From: a virus
Taxonomy: Duplodnaviria; Caudoviricetes
Reading direction: 5' to 3' (one strand)
DNA: 64,000 nt
Virus record (IMG/VR): IMGVR_UViG_3300045972_000152
Location: 1,134 to 65,133 of that record
Shown: one piece after another, positions 9,067-20,476 of the stretch
Layout of the letters: the number at the start of each line of letters is the position of its first letter
How positions within the stretch are numbered: the first letter of the stretch is position 1
The notes under the pieces: model-generated
Databases searched by the model: none
Told to the model about the DNA's origin: nothing
Seen by the model: only the letters and a program-made list of their open reading frames with translations
Translations under genes and position numbers: made by a program

Positions 9067-11211
9067 TTAGTCATTTCCGCTACCGTCATTCATCGCGGAA
9101 CATCTGTAATTCAGTTTGGTACTGGAAAGCGAGGTTGCTGTTACCGTGATTGCGCTTATCGTCTTGCTGAAAGGTACACCCGCGCCCGATTCTGCGCTAA
9201 TAGTACAAGATGGGATGTTTCCGTAAGCGGTGGCGAAGGTAATCACACAGGTTCCAGCACTTGTTCCGGTGTTTATGATACCATAAGTATCATTGCTACC
9301 GGATTGGACAGTTGCCCCTGTTCCGCAGCCTGAAATAGTCGGCGCAGAGTAACCCTTAGAGCCAGTGTGACCGGTTTTAAGGTCACCTTTCAAAAACACC
9401 TTACCGGATATATTTGATATATAAATCTTGTTGGAATTAGTTTCAGAATTCCCCGACCGATTTCCTAAAAAGATGCCGTTACTCAAATCACTTGCGCCGT
9501 CACCCTTACCGGCGCTGATTCCGATAGCAATCACGTTCTGACTATTGTTGAGTGACGAACCGGAATCTGAACCTATCAAAGTGAGATATCTGCCATAAGC
9601 ATTGGCACCAGCCATATTCCCAAAAACACTACTCCCAGCACCCCTATAGGTTCCAGATAGTGCGCCGGAGCCAACTACGGTAATGGAATCTCCGCTTGCA
9701 TTTTTGCAAGCGTCAGCGCCTACACATATACCAGATGTGGTATTTGCGTATCGGCCAGCATTGTTACCTACAAATGTTCCACTCTGTCCTGTGTTAAATT
9801 GACCAGCGTTGATACCCATTCGGACTGTACCGGAACTATCACCACTCATTTGCATGGTATACCCCGAGTTATCCTTTGTCGCAATAACACCTACCGAAGT
9901 AGTTAAAACCTTCTGTATAATTAAGTTATCAATATTACCGGTCCACGTTTCGTCAAACGGTAAAAAGCTAACGGGGTCAGTGTTGTTTGTAGCCTGCATG
10001 AAGAATGTAAAAGTGTTATTACCGGTAGCTACGGTATCACCAAGAAGTACGGTTGAACCACCAAAATTGAAGTCCAACTCACCCAATGTCCCGGTACTGG
10101 TAGTGCTTACTACCATCTGCACTCTGTAGGTTTTTCCCGGTTCAGGCAAAGCCGACAAATAGGAGTTGGGAAGTTGCACATCAAAAGCTGCTCCGGTGTT
10201 GTGATTCAACCTACCACCAGATATCGTCCACGTTCCGCTTACCGTCCAGTGACCGGTGTTAGAGGTGAAATCCGAATCCGCAGTATTTGTTATCAGATTT
10301 GGACCATAAGTTATCTGCGCCGAGTCCACAGGACTCATCACCTCTAACGGCAAAACAGGACTCACTACGCCCACACCAACGGGCGCTGATCCGGGATTAA
10401 GCACTAGAGGTTTTGCTTGCGAGGTATTGAAATCTGCGGCCTGAATTGCGCCGTAGTCGTTTGTAGTGTGATAACCTAATTCCAAACGCCGGTTATTCGA
10501 ATCCCTTATTGTTAACTGCTGGGGATCAATCGTTGCCGACCAATCGGACTTTATGGTTATCGGATTATGGGAAGTATTATTAGAAAAAGGTTTACCCTGC
10601 ATGGCCAGATATATTGCCTGATTAACCATCGTAGGGGCCGCTGCCTGTGTGCTGGAACTACTGGGAGCGTTGGCAACGAGAGTCAGACCGGTGCCAGTGG
10701 GCCCTTGCGGCCCTTGCGGACCAACGATATTGGATATCGCAACCCACCCGCCACCGGCCTTGTTATAAATATCACCGGTGTCAGCTTTGAGGTAATAATC
10801 TCCGATTACCCCGAGCGTATTGGAGGGTATGGTCGTTCCGTTGTACCACGTTGTTCCCGAAGAGGAACTCCCACCCCCAGTAACCATCACATCCCATTTG
10901 GACGTATCAGTAGGTAGAATCCCCGCTGCCGAATCCACCTTACAGATATATACCGTGTTACTGTACGAAACAACGTCAGATGCAACGTATCCGGTAGAGT
11001 TATTCCACGCTCCCCTCCACGTATACTTGTGGTGGGACATTTCGGTCAGCATATCGGACAGCAGGGGAGTGGGGAAGATTTTGGTATAACCGTACCCCGT
11101 GAAATCCGTTGTGTTGTACGTCCTTCCGTTAAGCACCACGGACGCAGCAGAGGTGATGTTTGTAAATGCAAAGGTCATCAGCAGCAGGACTGATACAATC
11201 TTATTGAACAT
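9067..11211 (-). CDS. tail fibre / receptor-binding protein with N-terminal signal peptide
   Basis: WRGAW...Y...DVVSY CBM5/12-like motif, GPQGPQGP collagen-like stretch, G..AG beta-helix-like repeats; follows tail-tip genes. Confidence 0.75.
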   Translation of the reverse strand: MFNKIVSVLLLMTFAFTNITSAASVVLNGRTYNTTDFTGYGYTKIFPTPLLSDMLTEMSHHKYTWRGAWNNSTGYVASDVVSYSNTVYICKVDSAAGILPTDTSKWDVMVTGGGSSSSGTTWYNGTTIPSNTLGVIGDYYLKADTGDIYNKAGGGWVAISNIVGPQGPQGPTGTGLTLVANAPSSSSTQAAAPTMVNQAIYLAMQGKPFSNNTSHNPITIKSDWSATIDPQQLTIRDSNNRRLELGYHTTNDYGAIQAADFNTSQAKPLVLNPGSAPVGVGVVSPVLPLEVMSPVDSAQITYGPNLITNTADSDFTSNTGHWTVSGTWTISGGRLNHNTGAAFDVQLPNSYLSALPEPGKTYRVQMVVSTTSTGTLGELDFNFGGSTVLLGDTVATGNNTFTFFMQATNNTDPVSFLPFDETWTGNIDNLIIQKVLTTSVGVIATKDNSGYTMQMSGDSSGTVRMGINAGQFNTGQSGTFVGNNAGRYANTTSGICVGADACKNASGDSITVVGSGALSGTYRGAGSSVFGNMAGANAYGRYLTLIGSDSGSSLNNSQNVIAIGISAGKGDGASDLSNGIFLGNRSGNSETNSNKIYISNISGKVFLKGDLKTGHTGSKGYSAPTISGCGTGATVQSGSNDTYGIINTGTSAGTCVITFATAYGNIPSCTISAESGAGVPFSKTISAITVTATSLSSTKLNYRCSAMNDGSGND

Positions 11212-11223
11212 GATTAGTCTCCT

Positions 11224-12159
11224 TTATAGTTTTTCTTTCAACTGGAACTGCATGTTTGCATTATCGAAAAATTGGAAGGTGAAAGGGTTGTTGTTCCGCA
11301 TGTACGCTAGAAATGAAGCTGTTTGCTCGACCATTGAGACGTCATCCGGGTCGAATATGAAAAAGAGTTCCTTGGATTTACCAAGTTTCCTTTGCATTTC
11401 CGAGAACCATGTTCTTGCAACAGGTGATGTAGTTTCAAGTGTGAAGTTGCAAACTCGGTGTTTGGGATTTTCTTCAAAGTAGTCCACACCGCCACGACTC
11501 GTTACAACGCTGGTAGCCGAATCGTCCCACCCCATTTGAGCGCCATAGAGCATGTTTAAAGGCGGTTGCCATGCCGGTGCAACGAAGCACCTCGACAGGG
11601 ACACATGACCCTCTGTATTATGCTGGTCGAAGATTTCCACCATAACGAAAGTTGCCTGAGCCGCCCACTCGTTAGGTAGGACAAAATATTTGCATCTGGG
11701 GAAGTTTATAAGGTCCTCAAGTGGCACCAAACCACCGTCCCAAAGTGAGGGGTGACCCCATGGTAAAGATCCTTGCGGATAATACGGTGACCAAAAATCA
11801 ACCACACCCGAATCAAAAACCATATATTCGGCACGGACAGGTAGATCTATATCATCGAATGATATGTTTGCGGCAGCACTGTGTGCTCTTACACGAACCT
11901 GACAACCATCTTGTGCGTTAAGTCCTATCAAAGCAATAACCTTAACGTCTACAGGATCGCCGTTGCACAGATTGACTATGAAACGGGTAGACGCCGGATT
12001 CAGATCAACACTATTGGCCTTGGTGCCAAGAGCGTCATCCTGTAATCGGTTCAGACCCGACCAGTTGCCACCGGACACCGAAGCGTGAGCTGATGAATCA
12101 AAATAGTTTCCGGTGGTATTGATTGTATAATCCGGCCATGCGAAAAGACAGTTAGACAT
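11224..12159 (-). CDS. minor tail / tail-tip protein
   Basis: position; beta-rich composition. Confidence 0.65.
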   Translation of the reverse strand: MSNCLFAWPDYTINTTGNYFDSSAHASVSGGNWSGLNRLQDDALGTKANSVDLNPASTRFIVNLCNGDPVDVKVIALIGLNAQDGCQVRVRAHSAAANISFDDIDLPVRAEYMVFDSGVVDFWSPYYPQGSLPWGHPSLWDGGLVPLEDLINFPRCKYFVLPNEWAAQATFVMVEIFDQHNTEGHVSLSRCFVAPAWQPPLNMLYGAQMGWDDSATSVVTSRGGVDYFEENPKHRVCNFTLETTSPVARTWFSEMQRKLGKSKELFFIFDPDDVSMVEQTASFLAYMRNNNPFTFQFFDNANMQFQLKEKL

Positions 12160-12182
12160 TAATTACCTCCCAGATTGCCAAA

Positions 12183-12470
12183 TTATCCGATGGACGTTGC
12201 TTGATTGGCATGATCCGCTCTGGTAAACACCAGCGTTTGTGCAGCATCATTCATTACAGCAAATACTATCCAACCTGTGTTCTGAGAGTTTCTGATCCTC
12301 AGGATGGTGTTGTTGGGTCCGCCGGTTGTATCTGCCCAGATCATAAACGGGTAGGTGGGATTCGGAGCCGCATTGCCGCTGTTCATGGTTACAATGGATT
12401 GCAAGGCGTTGTTTATTGCGGCCCTTACTGCTGCGCCAGTACCATTCGAGATTACGATAGTAGATTGCAT
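12183..12470 (-). CDS. small tail-associated protein
   Basis: ISNGTGAAVRAAINNAL...SG..AP..TYP..WADT pattern typical of tail-fibre N-terminal modules. Confidence 0.6.
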   Translation of the reverse strand: MQSTIVISNGTGAAVRAAINNALQSIVTMNSGNAAPNPTYPFMIWADTTGGPNNTILRIRNSQNTGWIVFAVMNDAAQTLVFTRADHANQATSIG

Positions 12471-12473
12471 AAA

Positions 12474-14090
12474 TTACCCCCAGAGTGTTAGAGTTAAGAT
12501 ATCGTTTTCGCAGTTAAGGTCAAATCCGATTATCTTTCTTATTTTACCGTTGTTGTAACCGAATCTCGGAAAGGTGATTGTTATGTTAGTATCAAGATTC
12601 AGCAAATCTTCAAATCCGGGTCGCATCTTCAACGATACCTGTAATCTATCTCTTCGCTTAGAGTAAATATTGAAGATTATATTTGCTTCTACTGTTGTAT
12701 CACAGCAACAAGAAGAGTCGAGCACCAATTCACCCGCTAACTTGTGCTTATCTAAAATAGTGATATCTTCTTTGGCCTTCTGTTTAAATTCCATACCGAA
12801 GATATTTCTCATATCAGGAGTTACGGAACCTCCCAACTCGCTGGGATTTTGGATTGTATAGTTTCTTCCGTAATTGACCGCCGCTCTTTTTATCGGAACC
12901 CCGTTCGGAGTATCCGAGGAGGGGAGCATGTTGAAACTAATTAAATCGAGTGCGGTCAGGTTTATAGTGGAGGTGGCTACTGTCGGAATAGTTATCATCG
13001 TAACTCTGAACTTAGCGAAACGATTGAAACCATACCACGTCCGAGGGCGACACAAGCTGTTTAATACCTCAGTTCCAGTTGTCTCGCTGTTGACGTAAAC
13101 CCCAACAAAACCGGGAGTGTTTGCATTGATAGTCGGTATGTCAGTGTAGTTATCATCACCCACTACACCATAAGCGTGATTCACTACATCGAATATCACA
13201 TCCCCGAGGAACGAATTTGATACTATTGGAGTGCCAACGCAATCCGCTGTAATTGCACCCTGCGGGGCAGAACCCAAACGCGCATAACCCTCAGTAGGGC
13301 ATACACGGTAGGTCCCTGCTGCCGGTGCGGTTGCTTGCATATCCGAAGAATTTGCGTAATCCGCGCCCTTTGTCAGTGGAACGCCCTTGTCCCTCAGTTC
13401 GGAAATCTGTACCCCTGAAGAGGGGTTTATGTAGACGTATGCTGCATCGAAACTGCCTATTACATCAATATCAGCAACTCCGTCAAATCCCCCTTCATGG
13501 CGTATATTAAATGCGTATATCAATAAAGAGGTGTTAACGCAAACCGGAGTGATGTTAAACACCTGACCGAATATTTGTGGTTTCGGATGATTCATTATAT
13601 CGGTAGGCACACCCTCTAATCCGTTGGGGAGTGCGTTGGTACCTTGAAACTTCAAATCCTGAATAGGTCGGTCAAACATAAAAGCGTTATCCCTTATTTT
13701 AAAAGAGATAAGTGCTTGCTCCGAAACTGCCTGTTGGATAGTTACAGTGTAAAGTTGAGCGAAGCTGGCACGGGGAGCACCTTCTTTTCCAAGTAGAACT
13801 GTAACAGTTCTACCATCAAATCCCCAGTCTATCAAATAATCCAATGTTCCATCGGGATTGGATAATGTTATCTCACCAATACCAGTGGTACTCTTTCCGC
13901 TAAGAGTACCGTTACCTTCAAACATACTTGACTTGAAGGAACCTGCTTGCTTCACCCTAGAGATATAGGGTTGATTGGGAGGTGTTTCAAAGGGAGAGGT
14001 CGTAAAACCTCTCCCTGAAGTGTAGTATAAGGTTTCTTCTTGAAGTGTTATCGGATTGTAACCTTTTATTTCTACAAGATATGTTGTCAT
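12474..14090 (-). CDS. tail-tip / hub protein
   Basis: immediately after TMP; KPQIFGQVFNITP motif; ends LTLWG. Confidence 0.7.
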   Translation of the reverse strand: MTTYLVEIKGYNPITLQEETLYYTSGRGFTTSPFETPPNQPYISRVKQAGSFKSSMFEGNGTLSGKSTTGIGEITLSNPDGTLDYLIDWGFDGRTVTVLLGKEGAPRASFAQLYTVTIQQAVSEQALISFKIRDNAFMFDRPIQDLKFQGTNALPNGLEGVPTDIMNHPKPQIFGQVFNITPVCVNTSLLIYAFNIRHEGGFDGVADIDVIGSFDAAYVYINPSSGVQISELRDKGVPLTKGADYANSSDMQATAPAAGTYRVCPTEGYARLGSAPQGAITADCVGTPIVSNSFLGDVIFDVVNHAYGVVGDDNYTDIPTINANTPGFVGVYVNSETTGTEVLNSLCRPRTWYGFNRFAKFRVTMITIPTVATSTINLTALDLISFNMLPSSDTPNGVPIKRAAVNYGRNYTIQNPSELGGSVTPDMRNIFGMEFKQKAKEDITILDKHKLAGELVLDSSCCCDTTVEANIIFNIYSKRRDRLQVSLKMRPGFEDLLNLDTNITITFPRFGYNNGKIRKIIGFDLNCENDILTLTLWG

Positions 14091-17000
14091 TATTCACCTT
14101 GCCTCATTTTACGGGTCTGTTCGTTGGAGTTGACAACGAGTTTTTCAGTTAGTTCTATCATTCTGCTAAAACCTTCCTGCTGAACCCTAATTGAAGCTTC
14201 AAGTCTACGGTTAGTTTCTTCCATAGAATAGCTATCAGCGGTTCCATTTACACTAATACCATATCGTTGTAAGATATTGGAGGATTGCGGGTCTATGATA
14301 ATTTCTCCCTTGTGACCGTAGAGAAGACCGTCAGCCGAAAGCCCCGAAGTACCTATCGCAAACGAAGGTATCTGACCGTTTGCAACTATCCCGGTTTTAC
14401 CTGTGTTGGCGTTTTGCAACAAATTCTGGGTCCAGTTACCGTTGAACCCAATGATATCGTAAATGGTGGAACCATATTTGAGGGAACCCATGCCCCGGAA
14501 CAAATCCGGGGTTTTGCTTTTGTAGTACCACGTAGCTGCCAACTCAGCTTGTGAGGGCTGAACCGGCGCAGGGGCCGCAGGGGCGTTCGGCGTTGTTGTA
14601 TTGGTCACTCCACCATCTATCGCGTCTGCGGCAGTCTGAGTGCCACCCGGAGAGTTCTTCAGGTAACCACTCAGGTATTTGGATATATCACCAGTATTGC
14701 CCACTACGTTAAGTAAAGCTGCTAACTGCTTATCATTACCGTCAGCCAGTGCAGTCTGAATGGAGTTCAAGGTATCCAACTGCTTCTGAACTACCTCAAG
14801 ACTGGGATCACTACTGGTTAATCCTACAAGATTGCTTAGAGTGGCTACGATATCCGCCTTGTCGGACTGAAATTGGGCGTTAGAGGCGTTGTAGTTACCT
14901 GAGGCTGTCAGGAGGTCATTGGCCTTACTAACTATGTCCTGAAGGGCCTTTTTGTCGCCGGATTGTGCAAGAGCCTTCACAACCTCATAGGTACCTTTCG
15001 CATTAAAGTAACTATCCTGCGGGGAAAGGGTTGATTTTATAATTCCCGTTAAGCCCTGAAGAAGATTTATCTTAATGGAAAGTGTGTCGTTTAACGCTTG
15101 TTTGAATACATCAGCTATAGCTCTTGCTTTTTCTAACTGCTGCACCTGAGCCAGTTTTATAAGATCGTATCCATTCTTCTGTGCATCAAGCATTTCCTGT
15201 TCTTGGGTAATCTGAAGCTTATACATCTTTTCGGTGTAAGTTAGGCCCTGTGCCGTATAAGTTCTATCTTGAAGATCGGTGGTGAACTTCTTCACCGAAT
15301 CGGCAAGGTCGGTAGCAGCCGTTGTTGCGTCCGACATTGCCGGTGCGAGCTTCATAAGGGAGAGATACAGCGCAGCACCCTTATCCGTGTTCAGATCAAG
15401 ACCGTCAACAAGTTTCCTAAACTGCTCGTTGGTTTTAGGGATAGCCCAATTCAATCCATCGTTGGCAGCATTCATTTCCCGAATACCCACCGCAACCTGA
15501 CGCTCCCCATCCAACTGTTTTAGGTGCGATTGTTCAGTTTTGGTATAAAGTTTGCTGAAGTAATCATCCTGAAGTTTGTTTAACTTATCTACCCCACCAG
15601 CAGCCTCAGCTAACTTTGACGCCTGATTTCCGCCAGCTAAAGTAGAATTGATAAGACTGTGCCCGGTAAGCTGAAGTTTCTCGTTAACCCCCTGAAGCGC
15701 AGTAGTGAGACGGATGAGCGAATCATACGCAGATTCACCATAGTACGCATAGTCCTTTAATCCGCTGACGTTCTGACCAATGATATCAGCCGCTTTACTG
15801 AACCAAGTGGTGAGGTCCTTCTGTATCTCTTCCGTAGTACGACCGCTCGTTTGGATATTGGCAGACGGAAGATTCACCTTAGAAAGATCGACAGAAGTTC
15901 CGAGTATCGCAGCAGAGCGATTAACGGTATTCTCAATGTCTTTGATATTTTTCGTAAACGCACTGTTAAGCTGGTCGTTCAACTCTCCAAGTATTGTTCT
16001 ATTTTTATCACTTGTGAACCAACCGCCCTCTTTCTTATCATTACGATAGGTTTCACCGGAGAACTGACCGCTGTTAAGCCCCATTTTGATACCATAATCT
16101 TTGGTCTGCCAAGTGTTGCCCCAACCAAACATCGCATTACCCAAAGCTCCGAGTCCTGCTGTGAGTCCACCTATCAATAAACTGGTTATACCGCTCGACA
16201 GTATGCCCCCGGTCAAACCGCCGAGAGTAACCATTTTATCAAATCCATTATCAGATTTGTAACCAGTAGAGGGAGAGGTAAGGGTACCAGCCAATAAACC
16301 GCCAGCAGTTCCCGATTTGAACATATCAGCTATGTTAACCATACTTTCAGAAACTTTAGTCAGGGCGATTGAAGCGTTTTCAGAACTATCAGCAATTCGC
16401 TGCAACTGTTGGAAAGTTGCACGGCTCTCCGTAGTCTGCAACGAACCACCTATCTTGGACCCAACACTACCACCACCCACAACTCCGGTGTTAATTCCAG
16501 CCTTGCCGTCAACACCAGCGGAACCACCACCACCGCTAAATCCTGCACTCACGCCACCAATGGAGCCGCCCCCTTTATAGGAGGTGGACGCGATTTTGGC
16601 AAGCTGTGCTGCTCCGATAGCTGCCATGGCAATCGCAGCCGCTGTGCCTGCAATAGGCCCGAGGTCAGAGTATGCCCTCATGATAGCCACACCGGTTGAA
16701 ACTATAACTTGCGCCGAACTGAGAGCCTTTGCTGCTTTGAACTGACTTTCGTTATTTTGATCCATCGAACCCGCTAACTGACCCATAAGGTCTGCCGCAG
16801 TGGTCGCGTAGGTCATCACCATTTCTTTCTTGAGAGTGTAAAGATCGGCTGTTTTCGATTGATCGTTAGCAGCCAAATCTTCTTGGATAGCGCGTATCTG
16901 TTCAGCAGTACCGGTTTCGCTTTCCAAGATAGTCCGCAACTCTCCGATCTTCTTTTCTTTAGTCAGTTCGAATTGACGCTGTATATCACGTTCACGTTTG

Positions 17001-20000
17001 GTGAACTGATCCACACCCATATCCTCAAACTTGAACTTAGAGGCGTCATTGCGATGAAGCTGCTCAAACGCCTTTGCCACTTCGTTTAGCTTCTTAATCA
17101 GTTCGTCAAAAGCTTTGATAGCAGGAGGAAGACCCAAACGTGCAGGATCAAGGGGCAGGATTGAATCCCGCAACCTAGCGGCGGTACCCATTGCCCCGGC
17201 ACTTTCCAAAAGCTGTGCTTTCAACTCAGTTTCATGTTTTAACTGTTCGTATATCGAATGAGCGGTTCTAATGGAGGACTGCTCGATTTGCTGAAACAGC
17301 GACTCAACCTCTTTGACGATAACATCACTATTATCAATTCCGTTATCGTTAGCCATTGCGTCAGATATCTGCTTGTTCAGCATCCTCCTCTTGTATGCTT
17401 CGATATCAATAACAGAGCCGGTTGTGTCGCCACGGGATGCCTTGATCGCCGCCCCTAAGTCAACATAACTCTGAGCTAGTTCCTTGACATGCCTCCGAGT
17501 GGCAAAGGTTTGATTCTCCGAATCAGTGGAACGGGCAGTCTCAAGGTTGTTTATTTCCTTCATCACTTCTTGGAGCTTGGTTCTCAACTCTATTTCGGTT
17601 TTGACCTGTGTCACATTCAGACTATTGATATTACGATTATTCTTATCAGCATCCTTACCCACGTCAAGGATTGAGATATTCGGTTCGGCCATTTTCTTCA
17701 TGGCTTCGGATTCAGATATTCCGGTTTTCTCAAAAAGTTTATTTAGTATCTTCTGCTTACGTTCGTTCAGTATATTCAACTCGGAAGCGAGAACATTATC
17801 ATTCATTCTCGCTTTACGGTCAATAAACTGCTGCTCAGATATCAATTGTAACGAATGCTGGTTACTGACTTCGCCAACGAGAAGTTTAGTGCGGTTCTTT
17901 TCTTCCTGAAGTCTCCTATCAGTAAAGCTTTTATCTAACCCCAACCAAGCATCCATTATTTCTTTTTGGACGCGCAGAAGTTCAGCGGCAGTCTTGTCAT
18001 CTTTGGGGGTTTCGGGCTTTTTGCCCTTGTACTCGGAAAGAGCGTCACGTTCCGACTGAAGTTTCAGATTCTCTTGAAGCTGCTGGCGTCCGTTGCGTAT
18101 CATATCTTGGACATTACGCAATTCTGCTTTTTTGCGTTCCACCGGATATAAACCATCGTTGTCCCGCATACCTTTCCATATACCAAATCCCTCAAGCTCC
18201 TTAATCGAAGCCTTGAGTGCCGCTTCTTTGTCGATATAACTTTTAAGATTCGTATCGAAATCTTTAAGAGTAGAACTTTCCCTTTGCTGGGGAGTCATAT
18301 CCTGCTCTTTGAGTTTCTTTATTTCGTTCTTGATTTTACGTTCATCTTCGACTAAGGCGGCGAAATCACCACCCTGACCTATCTTAGCCAATGCGCTTGC
18401 TCTATCATCTTGACGATGATATAACTTGTCGAGTGCCCAATACAGTGACCCAACTACAATAACCAAACCTTCGATAGTACCAAAGGCAAAGTGGGCCGCT
18501 GTTCCAATCGCCTTAAAGGTAGTCTCAACTATCCCACCAGCAAGCGCCAATGCGCGAGCACCAATCGTTGTACGGGCTTGAGCGGCTGCGTAAGCGTCTG
18601 CTGCTATTTGAGCTTCCCTTTGGGCCTCAGTGAGTATTTTTTGCGCCGTAGTGGTCTGATCCACGGCAGCAACAAACCGCTGCTCAGTGACAACCTGAAT
18701 ACTCTTTGCCTTTGAGAGTTTTTCAGTCAACGGAACCTGCGCCACAATGGAGTCGGCAAGCGTGGAAAGCGCTGCGTTTTCCTGTTTCTGCAACATCGTA
18801 ACGCTGCGACGGATGTTGGATTCTTCAGCTTTAACTTTGAAAAACTGTTTTTCAGCTATCACAGCGTTTTCACGCAATGCAGCGTAGGGGGAATTCATCT
18901 GCAACGTATCAGCCGCCAACTCCGACATTTTGGCGCGAGTGTTCTCAAGGATAGCCTGTTTTTCAGCTATCCGCATGGTTATACTCTCAGCTTTAACGAT
19001 CTTGGATTTCACATCAGATTCTACCTGACTGAGAGTTGCCTGAATATTGGCGGCGCGGGAAGTTGCAAAATCTTTATCAACCTTCATCGCGTCCTGAGTT
19101 GCCTTGACGTAATCGCGTTGGGCCTGTGCAGCAGCAAGGGTTTCATTCGCACCATCTAACTTTCCCTTGCTGCGGAGCAAGTCAGCTTTAGGTCCGTTAA
19201 TAAGCATTGCCCCTGCATCGGGATTTAGTGCGTTCTGAGCAACACGACTTGCTAGAATGGTAGACTTGCCGAAATCGGATTCAATTGCTTTGTTAGCTAA
19301 CAAAGAAGCCATAGCGGCAGTTCTATAAATCAGGTACGCTTCTGCCACGTTCATGATTGCTTCGCGGTGCTGCAACAGGAACTTGGTTCCATCAACAACA
19401 TTGTGGAACAAGCCGTTGAGGGTTTCAGCTATGTCCTTGGCCTCACGTTTAAATTCCGGGTTGATTGTGATAGTTCCAGTTTTCTCATCTATGGTTATTA
19501 CATAATCCGCAATCTCTTTGAGAGTTTTTTTGATAGACTCGAAAAGGGGGCCGACTGCTTCAGCGCCCCCCATCTTTGCAATGTCTTTCACGTTAGACCA
19601 CAAACCGGCCCACGTTTTCTGAGTTTCTATTCCGGCTATTCGGAAACCTTCCAACCGCTTCATCAGATAATCATACAAGGCGTCACCACCCTGCTTAACG
19701 GCCTTCATATATTCTTGGTTCTGAGCATTCATACCAAGAATAGTTGCTATCCGAGTATTGCGGGAGTTTACCGCACCCTTAAGCATATCCCGCGTTTCTT
19801 CACCTATCTGATTGTACGGCATACCGATTGCACCCGCCGCTTGAACCATGGCAAGAGTGTAGTCCATTATCTGCTTGCGGTTAAATGCCTTAGCTTGAGC
19901 TTCCGGCAAAGTCACCTGATATGCGTAAATCAACTGATCCAGTGTTGCGGAAGTTTTGAAGTTAGCAACGCGAAGTTGTTCTATCACGTTAGCTGAATCC

Positions 20001-20476
20001 TGCTGTGCGGCTCTCAGCGCGGCAGTACCCTTCAACGCCGCTTGAGTTGTTTTATCAATATACTCCCCACCCGATAAGAATGATGCCGAAATGGAAAGTC
20101 CAGCGGTTTCAATCTGTCCAAGATATTGGAGAGATTCGACAACCGCTGATTTGATAGCTCCTACTGATTTATAGATACCCGCGACCATGACCGTTCTAGC
20201 GGCCAATCTCACGAACATGTTTTCAAGATCAGATACAGATACACCCGCGACTTGCACGCTTTCGGTTATATCTGCCATGCTACGTTTAACGGTGTTAGCC
20301 GCGTCAGGTGCCGACTTCTGACCGGTAGAAGCAATCTTCCGGTCCAGATTATCGAACTTGGCTGCGGCCTTATCCACACCGAGCATAATGGCGTCTAGGG
20401 AGCGGTTAACTACCCGCTCCCCAGACTGGGCTTCAGTTCCATCAATTCCAACGCGAAGGAAGTTTTCGGTACCCAT
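14090..20476 (-). CDS. tape measure protein
   Basis: 2128 aa, Ala/Leu-rich and helical; follows tail assembly chaperones. Confidence 0.92.
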   Translation of the reverse strand: MGTENFLRVGIDGTEAQSGERVVNRSLDAIMLGVDKAAAKFDNLDRKIASTGQKSAPDAANTVKRSMADITESVQVAGVSVSDLENMFVRLAARTVMVAGIYKSVGAIKSAVVESLQYLGQIETAGLSISASFLSGGEYIDKTTQAALKGTAALRAAQQDSANVIEQLRVANFKTSATLDQLIYAYQVTLPEAQAKAFNRKQIMDYTLAMVQAAGAIGMPYNQIGEETRDMLKGAVNSRNTRIATILGMNAQNQEYMKAVKQGGDALYDYLMKRLEGFRIAGIETQKTWAGLWSNVKDIAKMGGAEAVGPLFESIKKTLKEIADYVITIDEKTGTITINPEFKREAKDIAETLNGLFHNVVDGTKFLLQHREAIMNVAEAYLIYRTAAMASLLANKAIESDFGKSTILASRVAQNALNPDAGAMLINGPKADLLRSKGKLDGANETLAAAQAQRDYVKATQDAMKVDKDFATSRAANIQATLSQVESDVKSKIVKAESITMRIAEKQAILENTRAKMSELAADTLQMNSPYAALRENAVIAEKQFFKVKAEESNIRRSVTMLQKQENAALSTLADSIVAQVPLTEKLSKAKSIQVVTEQRFVAAVDQTTTAQKILTEAQREAQIAADAYAAAQARTTIGARALALAGGIVETTFKAIGTAAHFAFGTIEGLVIVVGSLYWALDKLYHRQDDRASALAKIGQGGDFAALVEDERKIKNEIKKLKEQDMTPQQRESSTLKDFDTNLKSYIDKEAALKASIKELEGFGIWKGMRDNDGLYPVERKKAELRNVQDMIRNGRQQLQENLKLQSERDALSEYKGKKPETPKDDKTAAELLRVQKEIMDAWLGLDKSFTDRRLQEEKNRTKLLVGEVSNQHSLQLISEQQFIDRKARMNDNVLASELNILNERKQKILNKLFEKTGISESEAMKKMAEPNISILDVGKDADKNNRNINSLNVTQVKTEIELRTKLQEVMKEINNLETARSTDSENQTFATRRHVKELAQSYVDLGAAIKASRGDTTGSVIDIEAYKRRMLNKQISDAMANDNGIDNSDVIVKEVESLFQQIEQSSIRTAHSIYEQLKHETELKAQLLESAGAMGTAARLRDSILPLDPARLGLPPAIKAFDELIKKLNEVAKAFEQLHRNDASKFKFEDMGVDQFTKRERDIQRQFELTKEKKIGELRTILESETGTAEQIRAIQEDLAANDQSKTADLYTLKKEMVMTYATTAADLMGQLAGSMDQNNESQFKAAKALSSAQVIVSTGVAIMRAYSDLGPIAGTAAAIAMAAIGAAQLAKIASTSYKGGGSIGGVSAGFSGGGGSAGVDGKAGINTGVVGGGSVGSKIGGSLQTTESRATFQQLQRIADSSENASIALTKVSESMVNIADMFKSGTAGGLLAGTLTSPSTGYKSDNGFDKMVTLGGLTGGILSSGITSLLIGGLTAGLGALGNAMFGWGNTWQTKDYGIKMGLNSGQFSGETYRNDKKEGGWFTSDKNRTILGELNDQLNSAFTKNIKDIENTVNRSAAILGTSVDLSKVNLPSANIQTSGRTTEEIQKDLTTWFSKAADIIGQNVSGLKDYAYYGESAYDSLIRLTTALQGVNEKLQLTGHSLINSTLAGGNQASKLAEAAGGVDKLNKLQDDYFSKLYTKTEQSHLKQLDGERQVAVGIREMNAANDGLNWAIPKTNEQFRKLVDGLDLNTDKGAALYLSLMKLAPAMSDATTAATDLADSVKKFTTDLQDRTYTAQGLTYTEKMYKLQITQEQEMLDAQKNGYDLIKLAQVQQLEKARAIADVFKQALNDTLSIKINLLQGLTGIIKSTLSPQDSYFNAKGTYEVVKALAQSGDKKALQDIVSKANDLLTASGNYNASNAQFQSDKADIVATLSNLVGLTSSDPSLEVVQKQLDTLNSIQTALADGNDKQLAALLNVVGNTGDISKYLSGYLKNSPGGTQTAADAIDGGVTNTTTPNAPAAPAPVQPSQAELAATWYYKSKTPDLFRGMGSLKYGSTIYDIIGFNGNWTQNLLQNANTGKTGIVANGQIPSFAIGTSGLSADGLLYGHKGEIIIDPQSSNILQRYGISVNGTADSYSMEETNRRLEASIRVQQEGFSRMIELTEKLVVNSNEQTRKMRQGE

